From: Octopus sinensis
Taxonomy: Eukaryota
Direction of reading: 5' to 3'
Assembly: GCF_006345805.1 (NCBI RefSeq)
Contig: NC_043011.1
Location: 50,232,464-50,296,463 of the forward strand
Length of the DNA: 64,000 nt
Shown here piece by piece: positions 25,082 to 36,770 of this stretch. The notes beneath the pieces are model-generated. The model saw nothing but the letters and a program-made list of their open reading frames with translations. It did no database searches and was not told the origin of the DNA. Both the position numbers and the translations under genes were made by a program. Each line of letters begins with the position of its first letter. Position 1 is the first letter of the stretch.

Positions 25082-25977
25082 TTTGATAGAACAAATATTC
25101 CATGGACAAATATATTCCACCTGTGATCACATACACGAACTGACTATGATGTGCGATAGAACTGGCTGCTATTTCTAACAAAACGAATGACTACATACAA
25201 ACTCGATAATTCACTGCCCTAAATAATAACAATACGGCGGCAATAATTATTGGCTTTTATTGGATCTGATGAATAAATTAGCGAAGCGAACGAACGAAGT
25301 TAGGTTCGTTTCACTAATGTCTGACTTAGCAAGATATCTTATCTTGATTCGTTAGACATAAGTGAACGGTGCCTGACTCTTCACAGAACCAAGTTGTTGA
25401 CAAATTTGAATGGAAACATACGAGAGACGTTGAGTAGGTAAATTGTTCATACGAAGCGAATGAAAAAATGCACTTTGCTGTAACTAATATTAACACCTCA
25501 CCTTCCCGTACACAAGAAAGACAGCGACAGAGAGAGAGAGAGAGAGCGAGATGTAGGGAGAACTACGTAGCTAAATTCTCGTCTCAAGATTTTGTTGTGC
25601 TTTTGTTTGTGGATGTAAATTGATATTTATTTATTTATGGTACATTTATTCATGATGAAATGTCAAACAGAAGCTTGATGGGTGTGAAAAAAAAAATATT
25701 ATATTACATTGTGAATCATAATTAAAGAGATCCAGCCAAGCTTTCTACAGTGTCTCGCAAATTAGCTTCATCGTGATTAACCTTCTTAGGACATCAACCA
25801 TAAACAAGCGAAGACATCAAGCGGACATCACCGGTAATAATTCTTAAACGTTCGATATTTTTTCTTTTCACTGTCCGTGAATAATTAATCACGTATTTTT
25901 CATTTTCATTTATCACTTAACTATGACTGTCAATCGGCCTTTCTTTTCTCCACCTCCTCCTCTTCCGCCTCTCCATA

Positions 25978-26055
<78 letters not shown>

Positions 26056-26143
26056 GTCATCATCGTCATCATCATCATCATCATCGTCATCATCGTCATC
26101 ATCATCATCGTCATCATCGTCATCATCATCATCATCGTCATCG

Positions 26144-26175
<32 letters not shown>

Positions 26176-26326
26176 GTCGTCATCATCATCATCATCGTCA
26201 TCGTCATCGTCATCGTCATCATCATCATCATCATCATCATCATCGTCATCATCGTCATCATCATCATCATCGTCGTCGTCGTCATCATCATCATCATCGT
26301 CATCATCATCATCATCGTCATCATCG

Positions 26327-26382
<56 letters not shown>

Positions 26383-26434
26383 GTCGTCATCATCGTCGTC
26401 ATCATCATCATCATCGTCATCGTCATCGTCATCG

Positions 26435-26471
<37 letters not shown>

Positions 26472-26569
26472 TATCATCATCGTCGTCGTCGTCATCATCA
26501 TCATCATCGTCATCGTCGTCATCATCTTCATCATCACCATCATCATCATCATCATCATCATCATCGTCG

Positions 26570-26601
<32 letters not shown>

Positions 26602-26630
26602 GTCGTCGTCGTCGTCATCATCATCATCAT
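25978..26630. repeat. (GAT)n switching to (CAT/CGT)n triplet array, ~650 bp
   Basis: Direct reading; source of the poly-H/M/I ORFs. Confidence 0.95.
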
Positions 26631-26816
26631 CTCAACCTTTCATATCTCGTTTCCTGTCCATCTCTTTCTCTCATTTTTTTCTTTATCGTAAAATTTTTTT
26701 TTGAAGTCCTATTCTTCAATTTCCAGCCACATCAATAAAATTGTCTTTGAAAATAAACTGCACTTACTGTTCACTCTCTCTTATTTACTAACACGTTCTC
26801 CCCATCTCTCGCTCTC

Positions 26817-26865
<49 letters not shown>

Positions 26866-27226
26866 TTTTCTCCCTCTCTGTCTCTGTCACGTCTATCATT
26901 TGTCTATATATACACACACGCGCAAACACACACACACGCAAACACACACACACGCGCGCACACACGCACTCGCACGCAAACTCACATACACACACGCTCA
27001 CGCACGCACGCAAACTCCCACAAAACGCACACACACTTTTATATACAGCCAGACAGACATATGTATATATATACATAGTCTTTTTACTTATTATATAATG
27101 TTTATTCATTTTTTTGTACTTTTTTGTGATCTAGATATATGTTCTATAATATATTTTATTTTTTCTATATAATATGGTTTATGTCTATCATTGTTTGTAT
27201 TACATAATAGTGTTTTTTTCTAATTG

Positions 27227-27260
<34 letters not shown>

Positions 27261-27271
27261 TATATGTATAA

Positions 27272-27545
27272 AAAATACAAACTGGGACAAGAACGCAAAA
27301 CATTTAGAAGACGATACAAAAAACACGGACGGGACATTCGAAGCCTTCAATCTTCAGTCAAGGACCGGATCATCCTCGCAATTTCGGCTGATTAATCTTG
27401 AGATTGCTCCAATCTGGCCAGCCCCAAGGAAAAACTAAGCTAAGAGCATTAGATTCCTTGGAAGAAAGCTTCGAATGTATACAAAACAAGGACAGAAAAA
27501 CGGACGATGTTACGCGAATATGAATACAAAAATAATACGGAAAAA
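27272..27545. mobile_element. Unclassified interspersed repeat F2
   Basis: Colinear with 62555-62780 (GGGACAAGAACGCAAAACA...AATCTTCAGTC...CCGGATCATC...GCAATTTCGGCTG...GAAAAACTAAGC). Confidence 0.75.
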
Positions 27546-27564
27546 CAATAATAATAATAATAAC

Positions 27565-27620
<56 letters not shown>

Positions 27621-27986
27621 TAACAGGACATCACAAACAGGCGTCTTTCGACTAGGACGAATTAATCTCAGCTGGCGTGTTAGGGATGTACCTTGGGACA
27701 GAGAATAAAAAATGTTGGTGTTACCACGACGGCTGCCAGACCCAAAAGGCCAGTAGGCGGTCAGTCAGTCACGTGTGAAGAGAAGAGAGAGGAAAAGAGA
27801 GACAGAGGAATTAAGGAGGAGGAGAAGAGAGAGAGAGAGCAAGAAAAAGAGCCAGGGACAAAGTGAAGTGCAAAATAAGAAAACCAAAAGAAATGTAGGA
27901 GAGGAGGGAGAGAGACAGTGTTGATGAGTCGTACCGAGTTTAGAGAAATATATATATATATATATATAATATATATATATATGTAT

Positions 27987-28590
27987 GTATATGGTGGTTG
28001 TCTACTCCTTAAGTAGTGTTTGGCCACCTCCTGTACCTGCACCTTAGCACCATCATGCCATCCGGTGTGGCTTTTTAAACCAGACAATGTTCTGAAAAGA
28101 CACCCACATAGATTACACCTCCAATTTGGAACACCAAGAGTTGCAGCTAAGTGGATCTTAGAGCTGCTCTTTGTGGATCTTAAAATGTCTTTTCAGGTCT
28201 CCGTTGGATTTGCAAACCTTCTGGAATACACTACACTCAAAGGCCTGCATAGACATTTAGGCAGAATAGTTGGTGGAAGTTCGTTTCCCATGCGTTCGCA
28301 GGTGAGATGTCAGGCCAGCAAAAGACAGGCATGGTCTGTCACAGACTGTGCACAAAATAGATCATTGTCATTCACCTTGTCGATCGTTACATTATGTCAG
28401 ATCGCTCTTGAGTGCTACTGGCAACATGTAATCCAGTACAACCTGTCGCATGGTCGGGTCGTCGGCGACTAAACTGGCAACCCCACCAGGGTTGCTTGGT
28501 GAGGAGGGTATTTGTTGAACACCCTGCCTGCGGGTGGACAAATAAGACCCGTCAAAGGGCGTATGAACTCCTGAACAGTCAACGGCCATC

Positions 28591-28594
<4 letters not shown>
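27987..28594 (-). mobile_element. ~610-bp retroposon encoding three degenerate C2H2 zinc fingers
   Basis: CTVCDRPCLSFAGLTSHLRTH; ECSVFQKVCKSNGDLKRHFKIH; CNLCGCLFRTLSGLKSHTGWH; (TA)n on both sides; internal stops. Confidence 0.75.
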
Positions 28595-28645
<51 letters not shown>

Positions 28646-28868
28646 GTACATACGCCCATAAAATATACAGTCTGACACCCTCTCACAGGCATACATACAT
28701 ATATGTAGAGTAAACGAAAGGTCTTGCACCAAAACATTCGAGATTTTATTTATATTGCGTTGTTATTGTTCTTATTGTGGTTTTATTCAACTTTAGAAAA
28801 ATGATGCATGTCTTTGACAAATCCGGAGCGCATAGATTTCATTTGTGCAAGTGTTTTGGCCCACCTTG

Positions 28869-28972
<104 letters not shown>

Positions 28973-29180
28973 GTATGTATATGTATATACAAGAAAATTT
29001 TTAAGTTACAAACCACATTCAGGGATAGCATATGAAAGTGCTGGTTAGTTACCTATACAAAGAATATTGAACATTATATTTAATAATCAACTGGTTTATA
29101 TATATTTATTTAATAATCAACTGGTTTATGTATATTTATGTATTATAATAAGATGAGAAAATAGAGAGGTAATTAATAAA

Positions 29181-29631
29181 TTACTTGCAGCTGTTTCATT
29201 TCAGACCCTCAGAAAATTAATTAATTACATTAAAAATCATTTGAAAGTCGAATCCCTTCAGCGGTAGATAAAGATTTACACAATTATAAAATAGGTGTTC
29301 AATTCCTGAATGTTCAGTAAATTGCTACACACTGATAACTGATATAATTTATACGTAAAGAACAGTATAAAAATTGTGGAGACCTTAGAAAGGGAGTAAG
29401 GTTGTGTTTAATGGAGTTTTAGAACAATTTATTCATCTGGAGTGTTAAATACAAGAAAGCTCAAGTAGATATAATTTGTAAAAATGTCAATTTGTGCTAT
29501 TATGTCTATTCTTATTAAATCAATATAAAATTAGTATGTAGTGTTTAATTCATCTGTGTATAGTTACTAATATTCAATTAAGGTGGAACACATTCAGGCA
29601 ATCTATTGCTTATTATAAATAGCGAAATAGT
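29181..29631 (-). repeat. Left arm of ~0.4-kb dispersed inverted repeat (pLTR-like) with hammerhead-like motif at its outer end
   Basis: Reverse complement aligns with 33005-33406. Confidence 0.8.
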
Positions 29632-29992
29632 GAAAAGACCAGTACGAATATTGACTTAATGTTAGGGGACATTAACATTATAAATAAAAACATGATTAAG
29701 GTAAAATAAATAAATCAAAATAGAGTAAAGAGTGAAATTAAATAGAGAAAAATAAATAAATGAATAAAGAATTATAAATTATTACCTTTGACCCGTTAAC
29801 AATTTATTATTGATCTAGACTAATAAAGATACAGAACTATGGGACAAAATTTAATTTAAGATTACAGATATGCCGCGTTCGTATAGTGAAATACAAAATG
29901 TAAAAATGTTAAGTTGCGAAGGTACGGAGATATGGTATTTAACATAAATAAATAAATAGAAAAATAGGAATTAAAGGGAATAAATATATCGC

Positions 29993-30799
29993 GATCTTTA
30001 CCTTTTGATCGACAGATTCAAAAAATAATTTTTTGTAACTAAACACCTTCAAACTTCGTATACTTGTAGAATGTGTCACATAAAACATCTTTTACTCTTG
30101 GCGTTGTTGAGAAAATTCTGTATTTTGGAAGATATTTCTTGTTAAAGTTGTCGTATTTCGGTAATTTCAACGAATCAATGACGTGTATTCAGCTGAATAA
30201 AATTACTGCCGTTGTTTGTCAACAGCTATCGGCGGTGTATATTTCGTTTGTCACTGTTATTTTTGACATCGTTCGTGCGTTTGTACTGGTTTTAGCTTTA
30301 GAGTTTTAGGGTTAGGGTTTTAGGGTTGGGGCTAGGGTTTTAGGGTTAGGGTTTTAGGGTTACGGTTACGGTTACGGTTACGGTTTCAGAGTTAGGGTAA
30401 GGGTTAGAGTTGAGGTTTTAGGATCAGAGTTACAGAAAAAATGAAAAATGAAGCACGAACGATTATGGTGGTGCCATGAAGTAAACATACTTCAGATATA
30501 CACATTTATTCATACAAATGTAACTGAGATTAAATATTTCATAAATAACAGTGACAATTGAAATATACACCACCGGAAGTTGTTGTTGACAAACAACAGT
30601 AGTAATTTTATTCAGCTGAATACACGTCATTGATTCGTTGAAATTACCGAAATACGACAACTTTAACAAAATATAACTTCCAAAATACAGAATTTTCTCA
30701 ACAACGCCAAGAGTAAAAGATTTTTTACGTGACATATTCTACAATGTGTTCAGTTACAAAAAATTATTATTTAAATCTGTCGGTCAAAAGGTAAAGATC
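29993..30799. mobile_element. ~800-bp foldback element with ~270-bp TIRs and central telomere-like tract
   Basis: Termini GATCTTTACCTTTTGATCGACAGAT / ATCTGTCGGTCAAAAGGTAAAGATC; ORFs 30073-30309(+) and 30463-30735(-) are near-identical. Confidence 0.9.
30305..30422 (+). repeat. Interstitial telomere-like repeats (TTAGGG, TTTTAGGG, TTACGG variants)
   Basis: Direct reading. Confidence 0.9.
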
Positions 30800-31614
30800 C
30801 AAATATGCTAATTAAAGTAGTAATAAGGGCTTAAATATCGGTCAATTCAGCGAGTTAAATTAAAATTTATCAATAAAAATATTCAAATGGTTAAATATAT
30901 CAATAGTTAAATATAAAGCTCTGAAAACCGCAAGTAGGTATTCATGTAGAGGTGAATGGCTAAGGAAAATCTAGGAAGAATCTAATTTAAGCGAAAACTG
31001 GTAGAACAAAATAACTCTTTTTTAGTGAGTTCGGAAATGACTATAGGTTTGTTTCATATAGTACAATTAATTTGATTGAGAGGAGAAGAGCTTACGAAAA
31101 ACTAGGAACAAACTAAATTATAGACACACAAAATACGAACCGGTGAATGCAAATATTCATGTAAATAAATAAAAAAAACTTTAAAATTATTATACACATG
31201 AGATAGACATGTGTTTAAGGAGAGAGAGAGGTAGGATATGTAGGAATTATAAAAGTTATTATTTTGCTGACTAGGAGATAAATAAAAGTCAACTGCAATT
31301 ATATTATGTATATATAGCTGGAGAAAGGACCAAATATAAAAATCAATGAAAAAGAAAAACAAACAGTCAAGGGGAGGTAATTAATAATAAATTGAGTAAA
31401 GCAAATAAATAAATTGGGCTAGATAGAAAATGTACTTATATACACTTAGAGCGTTGTGCAAGGTACGAAGTAAAAAAATAATATATTGAATAGTAAGTTA
31501 AGTGGATTTATAACTAAAATGTTAAAACATTCAACCAAAATAGGAAGGAAAATATATTTAATTAATAAAATGCTGGAAGAATAGAGGGGATAATGTTTGA
31601 TTTAATGGTAGGTA

Positions 31615-32112
31615 GATATATGGGAGTCCAATGCCATCTCAGCTCGAACTAAATTCCGCTTATTTAGTTCAAACGTAAAATCTGTGCTTTTGTATGGCTC
31701 TGAAACATGGAGAGCCACCTGCAGCAAGTACAAGAAAATCCAGATCTTCATCAACAAATGTCTCCGGCAGATTCTCCATCTGAAGTGGTTCGATAGAGTG
31801 CCAAACACCAACCGGTGGCAAAGGGCCAGCCAGGAGCCCATACATGTTCAGATTAGACGAAGGAAATGGAGATGGATCGGGCACAGACTGCGGAAAGAAC
31901 CCTCAAATGGGACACGACAAGCACTTGACTGGAACCCGCAGAGGAAAAGGAAGCAAGGACGCCCGAAGCAGATATGGAAGCGGAGCATTTTGGACGAGTT
32001 CAGGACCACCAGACTGACATGGGAAGGAGCCACAAAGCACTCCAATGACCGCAAACGTGGAAAACAACTGTTGAGGCCCTATTCTCCACAAGGGGCAAAA
32101 GGATTAAGAAGA
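31615..32112 (+). mobile_element. RTE-clade LINE 3' fragment
   Basis: FSSNVKSVLLYGSETW...FINKCLRQIL...QIRRRKWRWIGH..R...ALDWNPQRKRKQGRPKQIW; ends in short AAG repeat tail. Confidence 0.9.
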
Positions 32113-32475
32113 AGAGGTATAAGAAAAGCTGTAGTTATAGTTTATATATACATAGGTGGAGATAGGACCAAATATAGTTTAAGTGGTAAAGCCTATTAAT
32201 CAGAAAATAATGAAAGGGTTAGCTGTAAGAATTTAGTTATGAATAAACAAGTCCACATTTTAATTCATAAATATAATAATGGAACATTAAATTTAAAAGC
32301 ATTATGAGATAGGTGCAAGATATACAGTGAACATAGCATGCGTACAAGATAAATATTGAGTTTATAATAATATATAGTTATCAAATTCATAATCCAAGCA
32401 ATATGAATAAGAGAGGGTAAAATACAAATAATTACATAAATAAATGTATATACATGGTAAGTGATATAAGTGATA

Positions 32476-32862
32476 GGCGCAGGAGTGGCTGTGTGGTAAG
32501 TAGCTTGCTAACCAACCACATGGTTCCGGGTTCAGTCCCACTGCGTGGCATCTTGGGCAAGTGTCTTCTGCTTTAGCCCCGGGCCGACCAATGCCTTGTG
32601 AGTGGATTTGGTAGACGGAAACTGAAAGAAGCCTGTCGTATATATGTATGTGTGTGTGTCTGTGTTTGTCACCCTAGCATTGCTTGACAACCGATGCTGG
32701 TGTGTTTACGTTCCCGTCACTTAGCGGTTCGGCAAAAGAGACCGATAGAATAAGTACTGGGCTTACAAAGAATAAGTCCCGGGGTCGATTTGCTCGACTA
32801 AAGGCGGTGCTCCAGCATGGCCGCAGTCAAATGACTGAAACAAGTAAAAGAGAAAGAGAGAT
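32476..32862 (+). mobile_element. SINE family A, full length
   Basis: Near-consensus copy. Confidence 0.95.
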
Positions 32863-33004
32863 ATAAATAATATAATGAAGGAATCATAGAGGGTTAATGA
32901 AAGAAAAGTGAGAAACTAAAGGGTTAATAAGCTATTAAACAATTTTAAATTTTAATCATGCATGTAATCATAAGGAATGAGAAAAAGAATAACTTAAATT
33001 ATAA

Positions 33005-33406
33005 ACTATTTCGATAGTTATAAGTAACAGATTACCTGAATTAAATATTAATAAATATACACATATGAATTAAACTAAAAGATATTAATTTTATACTGAT
33101 TTAATAAGAATAGATATAATAGCACAAATTGACATTTTTACCAATTATATCTGCTTGAGCGTTCATGTACTTAACACTCCAGGTGAACGCATTGTTTTAG
33201 AACTCCATTATACACAACCGTACTCCCCTTCTAAGGTCTCCACCATTTTGATACTATGTTTTTTATGTATAAATTTTATCAGTTAATGGTTAACACCTAT
33301 TTTGTAATTTTGTAAATCTACCTCTGAAGATATTCGACTTTCAAATGATTTTTAATTTAATTAATTAATTAATTATCTGAGACTCTGAAGTGAAACATCT
33401 GTAAGG
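33005..33406 (+). repeat. Right arm of ~0.4-kb inverted repeat with hammerhead-like motif (33321-33406)
   Basis: CCT-CTGAAGA-61 nt-GAAAC-ATCT-GTA-AGG. Confidence 0.75.
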
Positions 33407-33745
33407 AATGTTTGTCAATTTTTTAAGGAGGTAGACCAAGAACATGCTGCCTTCACTTCCACAGAAGCTACTAAATGGAAGTGAAAGCATCATGTTCTTT
33501 GCCTATCTCCTTAACTTCTTGGAGATTTTAGGTAACATTATTCTAATGTGTCCATCTGTTTTAACTTAATTAAATTCTATATCTCTGTGCAGCTGAGGAT
33601 TGGTCTGCATTTAAATTGATGTAAAGGTTGCATTGTTCAATTAAATGGAGTTGCGAGAAACGATCGTACTGCATTGCCTCTGAATATCCTTGTTGCTTAT
33701 TTTGATTGTGTATATATATATATATATATAATATATATATATATA

Positions 33746-33785
<40 letters not shown>

Positions 33786-33800
33786 TATATATATATATAT

Positions 33801-33838
<38 letters not shown>

Positions 33839-34288
33839 TATATAGTTAAATATATGCATACGTGGAACGAGCTTTATCCAGTCACAGGTTAGTGTTCTTA
33901 TTATACACACTTGCAAAATATCTGGCATTGGACTGTCCTTGGCCGAAATTTAATAGAGGAAGACTTTACTGGAAATTCTATCTCTTTTACATAGCCCTGA
34001 AATATAACAATCGGATATTGGTAAATAACAGCAACTTCGGAACACGTCGGAAATATTTTTACAGACACATTTTCAACTTGTGAAATACTTTGAGAAAACT
34101 GCCATGGTGTTCGAGAATAAAGCTATAAAAATAATTTAAAACCAACTTATATAACCAAGCATTATAGTAGTATTATACAGAAGTATATCGGAAAGATAAG
34201 TAAAATAGCTTTTTACGTGCGAAGTATCTTTAGTTACTTCGGATATTACAAGATTTATCAGTAAATGTACTTTACGAGTGAAACTTAC

Positions 34289-34355
34289 CGTAAAAAATTC
34301 TCACTAATTTCGACTCCTTCCGTTTTTTTCCGCTGTTAACATTGACAATATATGC
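34289..34355 (-). CDS. Candidate exon (AYIVNVNSGKKRKESKLVRIFY)
   Basis: TTTATGTTTACAG| acceptor, |GTAAGT donor, one open frame; no homology recognised. Confidence 0.2.
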
Positions 34356-34908
34356 CTGTAAACATAAATGATTGTATGTGTATGTGTCTGTATGCTGGCG
34401 AATATAGAAGAATATATACGTACGTATAATTTTTTTACCATTATGTTACACAGCAATAGATATGAAATTTTCTCCGAAAGTAAGAGGTTAATGTTCCATA
34501 AAATAATCTATCGGTTTTACTTTTTAAATACACTCACACACATACATATATTTATATATACACATATGCATCGATATATCTATACGTTTGTAAATATATT
34601 TACATATGTATGCATGTGTTTGTATATATCCATACACGCACGTATATACACGTGTGCATATGTTTGCATATTTGTATGTAGGTATATAGGTACGTACGTA
34701 CGTATGTATGTATATTTGTAAGCACAAGATGTCTCCGGAAGAATAGAAACAAAGTGAGATGAATGTGGGTGGATAAGTGAGAAAGAGCATTATATCTCTA
34801 TGGGACATATTGGAAACCATAATTATTAGCAATGGAACTGGAAAAAGAACACTTCTTTCTCGGTAATGAACCGTCCGTCTTTTTTTCTGTGAATATAATT
34901 GTGTGTGC

Positions 34909-34947
<39 letters not shown>

Positions 34948-35022
34948 GGTGTGTACGGGTGTGTGCGCGCATGTCTGTATGTGTGTTTACTTAGTAAGAC
35001 TAAAACAACGTTGGTATTTCAG

Positions 35023-35100
35023 AATACCGCTACACGGCTCTGCATGGCATATTTATTCACACTTCGAGTACTTTTCTACTGCTTAATGGAGTAACATTAT
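35023..35100 (+). CDS. Candidate internal exon of an unidentified host gene (xYRYTALHGIFIHTSSTFLLLNGVTL)
   Basis: TATTTCAG| acceptor, |GTAAGT donor, 78 nt, one open frame (phase 1-1); no homology recognised. Confidence 0.25.
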
Positions 35101-35260
35101 GTAAGTTCGTATTTTCACAGGTAACACTCTGTAAATATTTTCCAATTAATTTAGGCAGACAGACAAGCAACTTCTTTATTCATACGTTACAAATGATCAT
35201 GGTATCCGAGACAGTTAAAGTTCTGCTGGAACTTGTTACGATTTAATCATGCGTTCCTGT

Positions 35261-35436
35261 ACAACCTTGCTAGCGCGCACAACCTTGCTAGCGCGCACAA
35301 CCTTGCTAGCGCGCACAACCTTGCTAGCGCGCACAACCTTGCTAGCGCGCACAACCTTGCTAGCGCGCACAACCTTGCTAGCGCGCACAACCTTGCTAGC
35401 GCGCACAACCTTGCTAGCGCGCACAACCTTGCTAGC
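35261..35436. repeat. Perfect 18-bp minisatellite ACAACCTTGCTAGCGCGC, 9.8 copies
   Basis: No mismatches between units. Confidence 0.98.
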
Positions 35437-35553
35437 CGGTCCAATATCAACGCTGAAACAAAAAACAGGAAGACAATATGCATGCCTGTCATTGCGTGCG
35501 TGTTTGTATATGTCTATATAGATAGTTTGCATACATACTCGTATGTGCATATA

Positions 35554-35784
35554 TATTTCTTTACTACCCACAAGGGGTTAAACACAGAGAGGACAAACAA
35601 GGTCAATCAAACGGATTAAGTCGATTACATCGACCCCAGTGCGTAACTGGTACTTAATTTATCGACCCCGAAAGGATGAAAGGCAAAGTCGACCTCGGCA
35701 GAATTTGAACTCAGAACGTAACGGCAGACGAAATATGGCTACGCATTTCGCCCGCAATGCTAACGTTTCTGCCAGCTCGCCGCC
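35554..35784 (-). mobile_element. SINE family B monomer
   Basis: Head, body and tail; GTATGTGCATATA repeated on both flanks (35541-35553, 35793-35805). Confidence 0.9.
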
Positions 35785-36033
35785 TTATATTAGTATGTGC
35801 ATATAGTCGTGCATACATATGTCCGTATACCTTGCCAGTCTCTTTCCAGGTTTAAGCACATTCCATTTGTTCCAGAAGGATGGGAAGGAGGAGTTGGAGA
35901 AAGTTAAAAATGGATTTGCACAACGAGAATGGTAGTATATTGATCAACGCAAAATGTCATTCTCGTTTACATAAACATATGTGTATGTATGTATTCAAGG
36001 ACATACATTTATGCTTATATATACGTATATATG

Positions 36034-36152
<119 letters not shown>

Positions 36153-36158
36153 ATATAT

Positions 36159-36192
<34 letters not shown>

Positions 36193-36227
36193 CATATATA
36201 TACATGTGCGTGTGTATCTATGTACGT

Positions 36228-36281
<54 letters not shown>

Positions 36282-36344
36282 CTATGTACGTATATATGTA
36301 TATATATATGTGTGTGTATGTGTGTGTGTGTGTATACTTTTATT

Positions 36345-36642
36345 CTTTTATTCTTTTGCTTTTTTCAGTCATTTGACAGCAGTCATGCTCGAGCAACATC
36401 TGAAAGGGTTTTCTAGTTGAAGAAATCGACCGCACGACGTACTCTTTGTAAGCCTAGTACCTATTCTGTCGTTTCTTTTGCCGAATCGCTAAGTTACATG
36501 GAACTAAACACGCCAGCATCGGTTGTCATGCGATGGTGGAGGGACAAACACAGTCACTAATAGCAAATACATATATACAGATATAGGGTTGTCCAAAGAC
36601 TTGTGACTGGATTTGATAGACGGAAAATGAAAGAAGCCCGTC

Positions 36643-36680
<38 letters not shown>

Positions 36681-36770
36681 GACGAAGAAATTCTTCAATA
36701 TTTTGCTCCAGCGCGACCGCAGTCTAATAACTGAATCACTGAAACAAGTAAAATATAAAAAATGTATATG
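36345..36770. mobile_element. Rearranged SINE family A pieces in both orientations
   Basis: Minus 3' half at 36345-36560; plus-strand fragments at ~36590-36645 and ~36690-36770. Confidence 0.65.

Noticed and set aside
25917-26738. 271-aa poly-His/Arg ORF and poly-Met/Ile ORFs
   Set aside because: Translation of a CAT/CGT triplet array open in several frames; no flanking protein context or splice support.
27340-27400. Hammerhead in repeat F2 (CTGAAGA and GCCGAAA on minus; also at 62610-62670)
   Set aside because: No consistent stem I/II/III could be built in either copy.
30305-30422. True chromosome end
   Set aside because: Short, degenerate tract embedded between TIRs in the middle of the window.
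29640-32470. Mitochondrial insertion (NUMT)
   Set aside because: AT-rich and strand-biased, but hand translation with the invertebrate mitochondrial code gave no recognisable mitochondrial protein.
35261-35436. 18-bp array as CRISPR or repeat protein
   Set aside because: No spacers; open frames follow from unit length being a multiple of three.
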